Part shown: in pieces, positions 23,701 through 35,739 of the stretch
Layout of the letters: every line of letters starts with the position of its first letter
Position numbering within the stretch: position 1 is the first letter of the stretch
Source: Auanema rhodensis
Taxonomy: Eukaryota > Animalia > Nematoda
DNA: 64,000 bases
Reading direction: 5' to 3'
NCBI GenBank assembly: GCA_964057225.1
Contig: OZ059898.1
Span: 4,216,001 to 4,280,000 of the forward strand
The notes under the pieces: generated by a model
The model's input: only the letters and a program-made list of their open reading frames with translations
What the model was told of the DNA's origin: nothing
The model's database searches: none
Translations under genes and position numbers: made by a program

Positions 23701-26700
23701 ATTGTTCGATTTTGTCAAAGATTATTAACTATAATCAAATAAAAATATTCTGAGGTTGGGTATTCAGATGTGTAGATTCTGAATTTCTTGGTGAGATTTG
23801 GCAGTGACTTTTCAAATTTCAGGAAAAAAGGTTTATATAGACCCCATCCACAAGATTTGTTCACAAAAAAGTTTAGGCTGTAGGCACGTTGTGTCCGGTG
23901 ATTGTTCGATTTTGTCAAAGATTATTAACTATAATCAAAAAAAAATACTCTGAGGTTGGGTATTCAGATGTGTAGATTCTGAATTTCTTGGTGAGATTTG
24001 GCAGTGACTTTTCAAATTTCAGGAAAAAAGGTTTATATAGACCCCATCCACAAGATTTGTTCACAAAAAAGTTTAGGCTTTAGGCACGTTGTGTCCGGTG
24101 ATTGTTCGATTTTGCCAAAGATTATTAACTATAATCAAATAAAAATATTCTGAGGTTGGGCATTCAGATGTGTAGATTCTGAATTTCTTGGTGAGATTTG
24201 GCAGTGACTTTTCAAATTTCCGGAAAAAAGGTTTATATAGACCCTATCCACAAGATTTGTTCACAAAAAAGTTCAGGCTTTAGGCACGTTGTGTCCGGTG
24301 ATTGTTCGATTTTGCCAAAGATTATTAACTATAATCAAATAAAAATGTTCACAAATTGGGTATTCAGATGTGTAGATTCTGAATTTCTTGGTGAGATTTG
24401 ACTGTGACTTTTCAAATATCAGGAAAAAAGGTTTATATAGACCCTATCCACAAGATTTGTTCACAAAAAAGTTCAGGCTGTAGGCACGTTGTGTCCGGTG
24501 ATTGTTCGATTTTGTCAGAGATTATTAACTATAATCAAATAAAAATGTTCACAAATTGGGTATTCAGATGTGTAGATTCTGAATTTCTTGGTGAGATTTG
24601 ACTGTGACTTTTCAAATATCAGGAAAAAAGGTTTATATAGACCCTATCCACAAGATTTGTTCACAAAAAAGTTCAGGCTGTAGGCACGTTGTGTCCGGTG
24701 ATTGTTCGATTTTGTCAAAGATTATTAACTATAATCAAATAAAAATGTTCACAAGTTGGGTATTCAGATGTGTAGATTCTGAATTTCTTGGTGAGATTTG
24801 GCAGTGACTTTTCAAATTTCAGGAAAAAAGGTTTATATAGACCCCATCCACAAGATTTGTTCACAAAAAAGTTCAGGCTGTAGGCACGTTGTGTCCGGTG
24901 ATTGTTCGATTTTGTCAAAGATTATCAACTATAATCATATAAAAATATTCTGAGGTTGGGTATCCAGATGTGTAGATTCTGAATTTCTTGGTGAGATTTG
25001 GCTGTGACTTTTCAAATTTCCGGAAAAAAGGTTTATATAGACCCTATCCACAAGATTTGTTCACAAAAAAGTTTAGGCTTTAGGCACGTTGTGTCCGGTG
25101 ATTGTTCGATTTTGTCAAAGATTATTAACTATAATCAAATAAAAATGTTCACAAGTGGGGTATTCAGATGTGTAGATTCTGAATTTCTTGGTGAGATTTG
25201 GCTGTGACTTTTCAAATTTCCGGAAAAAAGGTTTATATAGACCCCATCCACAAGATTTGTTCACAAAAAAGTTCAGGCTGTAGGCACGTTGTGTCCGGTG
25301 ATTGTTCGATTTTGTCAAAGATTATTAACTATAATCAAATAAAAATATTCTGAGGTTGGGTATCCAGATGTGTAGATTCTGAATTTCTTGGTGAGATTTG
25401 GCTGTGACTTTTCAAATTTCCGGAAAAAAGGTTTATATAGACCCCATCCACAAGATTTGTTCACAAAAAAGTTCAGGCTGTAGGCACGTTGTGTCCGGTG
25501 ATTGTTCGATTTTGTCAAAGATTATTAACTATAATCAAATAAAAATATTCTGAGGTTGGGTATCCAGATGTGTAGATTCTGAAATTCTTGGTGAGATTTG
25601 GCAGTGACTTTTCAAATTTCAGGAAAAAAGGTTTATATAGACCCCATCTACAAGATTTGTTCACAAAAAAGTTCAGGCTGTAGGCACGTTGTGTCCGGTG
25701 ATTGTTCGATTTTGTCAAAGATTATTAACTATAATCAAATAAAAATGTTCACAAGTTGGGTATTCAGATGTGTAGATTCTGAAATTCTTGGTGAGATTTG
25801 GCTGTGACTTTTCAAATTTCAGGAAAAAAGGTTTATATAGACCCCATCCACAAGATTTGTTCACAAAAAAGTTCAGGTTGTAGGCACGTTGTGTCCGGTG
25901 ATTGTTCGATTTTGTCAAAGATTATTAACTATAATCAAATAAAAATATTCTGAGGTTGGGTATCCAGATGTGTAGATTCTGAAATTCTTGGTGAGATTTG
26001 GCAGTGACTTTTCAAATTTCAGGAAAAAAGGTTTATATAGACCCCATCCACAAGATTTGTTCACAAAAAAGTTCAGGCTGTAGGCACGTTGTGTCCGGTG
26101 ATTGTTCGATTTTGTCAAAGATTATTAACTATAATCAAATAAAAATATTCTGAGGTTGGGTATCCAGATGTGTAGATTCTGAAATTCTTGGTGAGATTTG
26201 GCAGTGACTTTTCAAATTTCAGGAAAAAAGGTTTATATAGACCCTATCCACAAGATTTGTTCACAAAAAAGTTCAGGCTGTAGGCACGTTGTGTCCGGTG
26301 ATTGTTCGATTTTGTCAAAGATTATCAACTATAATCAAATAAAAATGTTCACAAGTTGGGTATTCAGATGTGTAGATTCTGAATTTCTTGGTGAGATTTG
26401 GCTGTGACTTTTCAAATTTCAGGAAAAAAGGTTTATATAGACCCCATCCACAAGATTTGTTCACAAAAAAGTTCAGGCTGTAGGCACGTTGTGTCCGGTG
26501 ATTGTTCGATTTTGTCAAAGATTATTAACTATAATCAAATAAAAATATTCTGAGGTTGGGTATCCAGATGTGTAGATTCTGAAATTCTTGGTGAGATTTG
26601 GCAGTGACTTTTCAAATTTCAGGAAAAAAGGTTTATATAGACCCTATCCACAAGATTTGTTCACAAAAAAGTTCAGGCTGTAGGCACGTTGTGTCCGGTG

Positions 26701-29700
26701 ATTGTTCGATTTTGTCAAAGATTATTAACTATAATCAAATAAAAATATTCTGAGGTTGGGTATCCAGATGTGTAGATTCTGAATTTCTTGGTGAGATTTG
26801 GCAGTGACTTTTCAAATTTCAGGAAAAAAGGTTTATATAGACCCTATCCAAAAGATTTGTTCACAAAAAAGTTCAGGCTGTAGGCACGTTGTGTCCGGTG
26901 ATTGTTCGATTTTGTCAAAGATTATCAACTATAATCAAATAAAAATATTCTGAGGTTGGGTATCCAGATGTGTAGATTCTGAAATTCTTGGTGAGATTTG
27001 GCAGTGACTTTTCAAATTTCAGGAAAAAAGGTTTATATAGACCCCATCCACAAGATTTGTTCACAAAAAAGTTCAGGCTGTAGGCACGTTGTGTCCGGTG
27101 ATTGTTCGATTTTGTCAAAGATTATTAACTATAATCAAATAAAAATATTCTGAGGTTGGGTATCCAGATGTGTAGATTCTGAAATTCTTGGTGAGATTTG
27201 GCAGTGACTTTTCAAATTTCAGGAAAAAAGGTTTATATAGACCCTATCCACAAGATTTGTTCACAAAAAAGTTCAGGCTGTAGGCACGTTGTGTCCGGTG
27301 ATTGTTCGATTTTGTCAAAGATTATCAACTATAATCAAATAAAAATGTTCACAAGTTGGGTATTCAGATGTGTAGATTCTGAATTTCTTGGTGAGATTTG
27401 GCAGTGACTTTTCAAATTTCAGGAAAAAAGGTTTATATAGACCCCATCCACAAGATTTGTTCACAAAAAAGTTCAGGCTGTAGGCACGTTGTGTCCGGTG
27501 ATTGTTCGATTTTGTCAAAGATTATTAACTATAATCAAATAAAAATATTCTGAGGTTGGGTATCCAGATGTGTAGATTCTGAAATTCTTGGTGAGATTTG
27601 GCAGTGACTTTTCAAATTTCAGGAAAAAAGGTTTATATAGACCCCATCCACAAGATTTGTTCACAAAAAAGTTCAGGCTGTAGGCACGTTGTGTCCGGTG
27701 ATTGTTCGATTTTGTCAAAGATTATTAACTATAATCAAATAAAAATATTCTGAGGTTGGGTATCCAGATGTGTAGATTCTGAAATTCTTGGTGAGATTTG
27801 GCAGTGACTTTTCAAATTTCAGGAAAAAAGGTTTATATAGACCCTATCCACAAGATTTGTTCACAAAAAAGTTCAGGCTGTAGGCACGTTGTGTCCGGTG
27901 ATTGTTCGATTTTGTCAAAGATTATTAACTATAATCAAATAAAAATATTCTGAGGTTGGGTATCCAGATGTGTAGATTCTGAATTTCTTGGTGAGATTTG
28001 GCTGTGACTTTTCAAATTTCAGGAAAAAAGGTTTATATAGACCCTATCCACAAGATTTGTTCACAAAAAAGTTCAGGCTGTAGGCACGTTGTGTCCGGTG
28101 ATTGTTCGATTTTGTCAAAGATTATTAACTATAATCAAATAAAAATATTCTGAGGTTGGGTATCCAGATGTGTAGATTCTGAAATTCTTGGTGAGATTTG
28201 GCAGTGACTTTTCAAATTTCAGGAAAAAAGGTTTATATAGACCCTATCCACAAGATTTGTTCACAAAAAAGTTCAGGCTGTAGGCACGTTGTGTCCGGTG
28301 ATTGTTCGATTTTGTCAAAGATTATCAACTATAATCAAATAAAAATGTTCACAAGTTGGGTATTCAGATGTGTAGATTCTGAATTTCTTGGTGAGATTTG
28401 GATGTGACTTTTCAAATTTCAGGAAAAAAGGTTTATATAGACCCCATCCACAAGATTTGTTCACAAAAAAGTTCAGGCTGTAGGCACGTTGTGTCCGGTG
28501 ATTGTTCGATTTTGTCAAAGATTATCAACTATAATCAAATAAAAATATTCTGAGGTTGGGTATTCAGATGTGTAGATTCTGAAATTCATGGTGAGATTTG
28601 GCTGTGACTTTTCAAATTTCAGGAAAAAAGGTTTATATAGACCCTATCCACAAGATTTGTTCACAAAAAAGTTCAGGCTGTAGGCACGTTGTGTCCGGTG
28701 ATTGTTCGATTTTGTCAAAGATTATTAACTTCAATCAAATAAAAATATTCTGAGGTTGGGTATTCAGATGTGTAGATTCTGAAATTCTTGGTGAGATTTG
28801 GCAGTGACTTTTCAAATTTCAGGAAAAAAGGTTTATATAGACCCTATCCACAAGATTTGTTCACAAAAAAGTTCAGGCTGTAGGCACGTTGTGTCCGGTG
28901 ATTGTTCGATTTTGTCAAAGATTATCAACTATAATCAAATAAAAATATTCTGAGGTTGGGTATCCAGATGTGTAGATTCTGAATTTCTTGGTGAGATTTG
29001 GCTGTGACTTTTCAAATTTCAGGAAAAAAGGTTTATATAGACCCCATCCACAAGATTTGTTCACAAAAAAGTTCAGGTTGTAGGCACGTTGTGTCCGGTG
29101 ATTGTTCGATTTTGTCAAAGATTATCAACTATAATCAAATAAAAATATTCTGAGGTTGGGTATCCAGATGTGTAGATTCTGAATTTCTTGGTGAGATTTG
29201 GCAGTGACTTTTCAAATTTCAGGAAAAAAGGTTTATATAGACCCCATCCACAAGATTTGTTCACAAAAAAGTTCAGGTTGTAGGCACGTTGTGTCCGGTG
29301 ATTGTTCGATTTTGTCAAAGATTATCAACTATAATCAAATAAAAATATTCTGAGGTTGGGTATCCAGATGTGTAGATTCTGAATTTCTTGGTGAGATTTG
29401 GCAGTGACTTTTCAAATTTCAGGAAAAAAGGTTTATATAGACCCCATCCACAAGATTTGTTCACAAAAAAGTTCAGGTTGTAGGCACGTTGTGTCCGGTG
29501 ATTGTTCGATTTTGTCAAAGATTATCAACTATAATCAAATAAAAATATTCTGAGGTTGGGTATCCAGATGTGTAGATTCTGAATTTCTTGGTGAGATTTG
29601 GCTGTGACTTTTCAAATTTCAGGAAAAAAGGTTTATATAGACCCTATCCACAAGATTTGTTCACAAAAAAGTTCAGGCTGTAGGCACGTTGTGTCCGGTG

Positions 29701-32700
29701 ATTGTTCGATTTTGTCAAAGATTATTAACTTCAATCAAATAAAAATATTCTGAGGTTGGGTATCCAGATGTGTAGATTCTGAAATTCTTGGTGAGATTTG
29801 GCTGTGACTTTTCAAATTTCAGGAAAAAAGGTTTATATAGACCCCATCCACAAGATTTGTTCACAAAAAAGTTCAGGTTGTAGGCACGTTGTGTCCGGTG
29901 ATTGTTCGATTTTGTCAAAGATTATCAACTATAATCAAATAAAAATATTCTGAGGTTGGGTATCCAGATGTGTAGATTCTGAAATTCTTGGTGAGATTTG
30001 GCTGTGACTTTTCAAATTTCAGGAAAAAAGGTTTATATAGACCCCATCCACAAGATTTGTTCACAAAAAAGTTTAGGCTTTAGGCACGTTGTGTCCGGTG
30101 ATTGTTCGATTTTGTCAAAGATTATTAACTATAATCAAAAAAAAACATTCTGAGGTTGGGTATTCAGATGTGTAGATTCTGAATTTCTTGGTGAGATTTT
30201 GGCAGTGACTTTTCGAATTTCAGGAAAAAAGGTTTATATAGACCCCATCCACAAGATTTGTTCACAAAAAAGTTCAGGCTGTAGGCACGTTGTGTCCGGT
30301 GATTGTTCGATTTTGTCAAAGATTATTAACTATAATCAAATAAAAATATTCTGAGGTTGGGTATCCAGATGTGTAGATTCTGAATTTCTTGGTGAGATTT
30401 GGCTGTGACTTTTCAAATTTCAGGAAAAAAGGTTTATATAGACCCCATCCACAAGATTTGTTCACAAAAAAGTTCAGGTTGTAGGCACGTTGTGTCCGGT
30501 GATTGTTCGATTTTGTCAAAGATTATCAACTATAATCAAATAAAAATATTCTGAGGTTGGGTATCCAGATGTGTAGATTCTGAATTTCTTGGTGAGATTT
30601 GGCTGTGACTTTTCAAATTTCAGGAAAAAAGGTTTATATAGACCCTATCCACAAGATTTGTTCACAAAAAAGTTCAGGCTGTAGGCACGTTGTGTCCGGT
30701 GATTGTTCGATTTTGTCAAAGATTATCAACTATAATCAAATAAAAATATTCTGAGGTTGGGTATCCAGATGTGTAGATTCTGAATTTCTTGGTGAGATTT
30801 GGCTGTGACTTTTCAAATTTCAGGAAAAAAGGTTTATATAGACCCCATCCACAAGATTTGTTCACAAAAAAGTTCAGGTTGTAGGCACGTTGTGTCCGGT
30901 GATTGTTCGATTTTGTCAAAGATTATCAACTATAATCAAATAAAAATATTCTGAGGTTGGGTATCCAGATGTGTAGATTCTGAATTTCTTGGTGAGATTT
31001 GGCAGTGACTTTTCAAATTTCAGGAAAAAAGGTTTATATAGACCCTATCCACAAGATTTGTTCACAAAAAAGTTCAGGCTGTAGGCACGTTGTGTCCGGT
31101 GATTGTTCGATTTTGTCAAAGATTATTAACTTCAATCAAATAAAAATATTCTGAGGTTGGGTATCCAGATGTGTAGATTCTGAATTTCTTGGTGAGATTT
31201 GGCAGTGACTTTTCAAATTTCAGGAAAAAAGGTTTATATAGACCCTATCCACAAGATTTGTTCACAAAAAAGTTCAGGTTGTAGGCACGTTGTGTCCGGT
31301 GATTGTTCGATTTTGTCAAAGATTATCAACTATAATCAAATAAAATTATTCTGAGGTTGGGTATCCAGATGTGTAGATTCTGAATTTCTTGGTGAGATTT
31401 GGCTGTGACTTTTCAAATTTCAGGAAAAAAGGTTTATATAGACCCTATCCACAAGATTTGTTCACAAAAAAGTTCAGGTTGTAGGCACGTTGTGTCCGGT
31501 GATTGTTCGATTTTGTCAAAGATTATTAACTATAATCAAATAAAAATATTCTGAGGTTGGGTATTCAGATGTGTAGATTCTGAAATTCTTGGTGAGATTT
31601 GGCTGTGACTTTTCAAATTTCAGCAAAAAAGGTTTATATAGACCCTATCCACAAGATTTGTTCACAAAAAAGTTCAGGCTGTAGGCACGTTGTGTCCGGT
31701 GATTGTTCGATTTTGTCAAAGATTATTAACTATAATCAAATAAAAATGTTCACAAGTTGGGTATCCAGATGTGTAGATTCTGAAATTCTTGGTGAGATTT
31801 GGCTGTGACTTTTCAAATTTCAGCAAAAAAGGTTTATATAGACCCCATCCACAAGATTTGTTCACAAAAAAGTTTAGGCTTTAGGCACGTTGTGTCCGGT
31901 GATTGTTCGATTTTGTCAAAGATTATTAACTTCAATCAAATAAAAATATTCTGAGGTTGGGTATTCAGATGTGTAGATTCTGAATTTCTTGGTGAGATTT
32001 GGCAGTGACTTTTCAAATTTCAGGAAAAAAGGTTTATATAGACCCCATCCACAAGATTTGTTCACAAAAAAGTTTAGGCTTTAGGCACGTTGTGTCCGGT
32101 GATTGTTCGATTTTGTCAAAGATTATCAACTATAATCAAATAAAAACATTCTGAGGTTGGGTATTCAGATGTGTAGATTCTGAATTTCTTGGTGAGATTT
32201 TGGCAGTGACTTTTCGAATTTCAGGAAAAAAGGTTTATATAGACCCCATCCACAAGATTTGTTCACAAAAAAGTTCAGGCTGTAGGCACGTTGTGTCCGG
32301 TCATTGTTCGATTTTGTCAAAGATTATCAACTATAATCAAATAAAAATATTCTGAGGTTGGGTATTCAGATGTGTAGATTCTGAATTTCTTGGTGAGATT
32401 TGGCAGTGACTTTTCAAATTTCAGGAAAAAAGGTTTATATAGACCCCATCCACAAGATTTGTTCACAAAAAAGTTCAGGCTGTAGGCACGTTGTGTCCGG
32501 TCATTGTTCGATTTTGTCAAAGATTATCAACTATAATCAAATAAAAATATTCTGAGGTTGGGTATTCAGATGTGTAGATTCTGAATTTCTTGGTGAGATT
32601 TGGCAGTGACTTTTCAAATTTCAGGAAAAAAGGTTTATATAGACCCCATCCACAAGATTTGTTCACAAAAAAGTTCAGGCTGTAGGCACGTTGTGTCCGG

Positions 32701-34784
32701 TCATTGTTCGATTTTGTCAAAGATTATCAACTATAATCAAATAAAAATATTCTGAGGTTGGGTATCCAGATGTGTAGATTCTGAAATTCTTGGTGAGATT
32801 TGGCTGTGACTTTTCAAATTTCAGGAAAAAAGGTTTATATAGACCCTATCCACAAGATTTGTTCACAAAAAAGTTCAGGCTGTAGGCACGTTGTGTCTGG
32901 TGATTGTTCGATTTTGTCAAAGATTATTAACTATAATCAGATAAAAATGTTCACAAGTTGGGTATTCAGATGTGTAGATTCTGAATTTCTTGGTGAGATT
33001 TGGCTGTGACTTTTCAAATTTCAGCAAAAAAGGTTTATATAGACCCTATCCACAAGATTTGTTCACAAAAAAGTTCAGGCTTTAGGCACGTTGTGTCCGG
33101 TGATTGTTCGATTTTGTCAAAGATTATTAACTATAATCAGATAAAAATGTTCACAAGTTGGGTATTCAGATGTGTAGATTCTGAATTTCTTGGTGAGATT
33201 TGGCTGTGACTTTTCAAATTTCAGCAAAAAAGGTTTATATAGACCCTATCCACAAGATTTGTTCACAAAAAAGTTCAGGCTTTAGGCACGTTGTGTCCGG
33301 TGATTGTTCGATTTTGTCAAAGATTATTAACTATAATCAAATAAAAATGTTCACAAGTTAGGTATTCAGATGTGTAGATTCTGAATTTCTTGGTGAGATT
33401 TGGCTGTGACTTTTCAAATTTCAGCAAAAAAGGTTTATATAGACCCTATCCACAAGATTTGTTCACAAAAAAGTTCAGGCTGTAGGCACGTTGTGTCTGG
33501 TGATTGTTCGATTTTGTCAAAGATTATTAACTATAATCAGATAAAAATGTTCACAAGTTGGGTATTCAGATGTGTAGATTCTGAATTTCTTGGTGAGATT
33601 TGGCTGTGACTTTTCAAATTTCAGCAAAAAAGGTTTATATAGACCCTATCCACAAGATTTGTTCACAAAAAAGTTCAGGTTGTAGGCACGTTGTGTCCGG
33701 TGATTGTTCGATTTTGTCAAAGATTATTATTTATAATCAAATAAAAATGTTCACAAGTTAGGTGTTCAGATGTGTAGATTCTGAATTTCTTGGTGAGATT
33801 TGGCTGTGACTTTTCAAATTTCAGCAAAAAAGGTTTATATAGACCCTATCCACAAGATTTGTTCACAAAAAAGTTCAGGTTGTAGGCACGTTGTGTCCGG
33901 TGATTGTTCGATTTTGTCAAAGATTATTATTTATAATCAAATAAAAATGTTCACAAGTTAGGTATTCAGATGTGTAGATTCTGAATTTCTTGGTGAGATT
34001 TGGCTGTGACTTTTCAAATTTCAGCAAAAAAGGTTTATATAGACCCTATCCACAAGATTTGTTCACAAAAAAGTTCAGGCTGTAGGCACGTTGTGTCCGG
34101 TGATTGTTCGATTTTGTCAAAGATTATCAACTATAATCAAATAAAAATGTTCACAAGTTGGGTATTCAGATGTGTAGATTCTGAAATTCTTGGTGAGATT
34201 TGGCTGTGACTTTTCAAATTTCAGGAAAAAAGGTTTATATAGACCCTATCCACAAGATTTGTTCACAAAAAAGTTCAGGTTGTAGGCACGTTGTGTCCGG
34301 TGATTGTTCGATTTTGTCAAAGATTATTATTTATAATCAAATAAAAATGTTCACAAGTTAGGTATTCAGATGTGTAGATTCTGAAATTCTTGGTGAGATT
34401 TGGCTGTGACTTTTCAAATTTCAGCAAAAAAGGTTTATATAGACCCTATCCACAAGATTTGTTCACAAAAAAGTTCAGGCTGTAGGCACGTTGTGTCCGG
34501 TGATTGTTCGATTTTGTCAAAGATTATTAACTATAATCAAATAAAAATATTCTGCGGTTGGGTATCCAGATGTGTAGATTCTGAAATTCTTGGTGAGATT
34601 TGGCTGTGACTTTTCAAATTTCAGGAAAAAAGGTTTATATAGACCCCATCCACAAGATTTGTTCACAAAAAAGTTCAGGTTGTAGGCACGTTGTGTCCGG
34701 TGATTGTTCGATTTTGTCAAAGATTATCAACTATAATCAAATAAAAATATTCTGAGGTTGGGTATCCAGATGTGTAGATTCTGA
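11778..34784. repeat. 200-bp tandem satellite, segment 1 (~115 monomers)
   Basis: Head-to-tail copies of ATTATTAACTATAATCAAATAAAAATATTCTGAGGTTGGGTATTCAGATGTGTAGATTCTGAATTTCTTGGTGAG...GTGTCCGGTGATTGTTCGATTTTGTCAAAG at an exact 200-bp period, also visible in the ORF-track spacing. Confidence 0.99.
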
Positions 34785-34959
34785 TTATATCCCATGTCTT
34801 AAGCTATTTATTTTCCAAATAACATATCTTCTCGGTAATCAATAAAACAAAAATTAACAGAAATCAACAGTATTTCGTAACACATTGTAAAATGAGCGTA
34901 TCATTACCCGTGGTGCTAACCAGTAATGACACGCCCCCTAACTAACACATAAACATCAG
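34785..34959 (+). repeat. DIRS left inverted terminal repeat (175 bp)
   Basis: Exact reverse complement of 39020-39194 on base-by-base reading. Confidence 0.97.
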
Positions 34960-34991
34960 TTTTATTTTCCGACATACGCTGATCGGTCGCT

Positions 34992-35717
34992 ATGCCGTCT
35001 TCACGGGAACCTTCAACTCCCCGTGATTTGGATTCTTCGTCTCATTATTCGCGTTCGCCTTCGCGAGAGCAAGATATTCGACGTTCACGTTCTAGATCCG
35101 TTTCGTCATCTAGATCCTGTTCACTATCTCTCAGGCCTTTCAAGCGCCAGAGGCCTTGTCCTCAACCTAGCTCTGTTCCTCTACCTCCTTCAACTCCAGC
35201 CTCCAAGGAACGACCGGTTATCTCGCTTGCGGAAGATCTTCTTACTAACTTTGAACATCTCGCAGCTGGTATTACTCTCCTTCCTTCGGACCGCTCATCA
35301 CTAATTCAAGAACTCCCTCGCCCGGAATCCATCTTAGCAGATCTCCCGGTGTTGGACTCTAAACTTCAAAATCTTTTGGATGGCTCAACGAGATCATTTC
35401 ATAAAGTATCAGAACAGGAGTTACGAGGACTTTACGAAAACGAGTTACAAGTTCTGAATATCGTTACTATTATCCGTTTTCTCGGATCCAATGATGAAGG
35501 TGGCCCACTTTCTCCGAAAGTTGCTGGTTATCTCTCAATTCTGGAACGCTTTGTCAGTGCAAATCTGCGCACTTTCTTAGGAGCAACTCGAGAGCTTGCC
35601 CTTCTCAGAATGGGATTCTCTCGCCCTTCACAGAGCATGCCGAACTATCGTAAAGTTGGCCTTAGTTCGTCTTCCTCCTTTGATACGGTACTAGGAGTAA
35701 GTCACTCCGCCTTTTAA
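34992..35717 (+). CDS. gag: DIRS gag-like ORF1 (241 aa unspliced; Ser/Arg-rich N-terminus); probably exon 1 of a spliced gag-pol
   Basis: First ORF after the left ITR, starting with ATG. It has an RS-rich low-complexity N-terminus followed by a helical-looking domain. Its stop codon lies inside the predicted intron 35697-35739. Confidence 0.75.
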   Translation: MPSSREPSTPRDLDSSSHYSRSPSREQDIRRSRSRSVSSSRSCSLSLRPFKRQRPCPQPSSVPLPPSTPASKERPVISLAEDLLTNFEHLAAGITLLPSDRSSLIQELPRPESILADLPVLDSKLQNLLDGSTRSFHKVSEQELRGLYENELQVLNIVTIIRFLGSNDEGGPLSPKVAGYLSILERFVSANLRTFLGATRELALLRMGFSRPSQSMPNYRKVGLSSSSSFDTVLGVSHSAF

Positions 35718-35739
35718 CCTTATATTATTTGTTTTACAG
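35697..35739 (+). other. Predicted 43-nt spliceosomal intron joining DIRS ORF1 to the RT ORF in frame
   Basis: GTAAGT donor at a codon boundary of ORF1 (codon 236), AT-rich interior and TTTTACAG acceptor. The next bases GCT CAG GCC GTG are in the frame of ORF 35749-37173, which has no ATG at its start. Confidence 0.75.
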
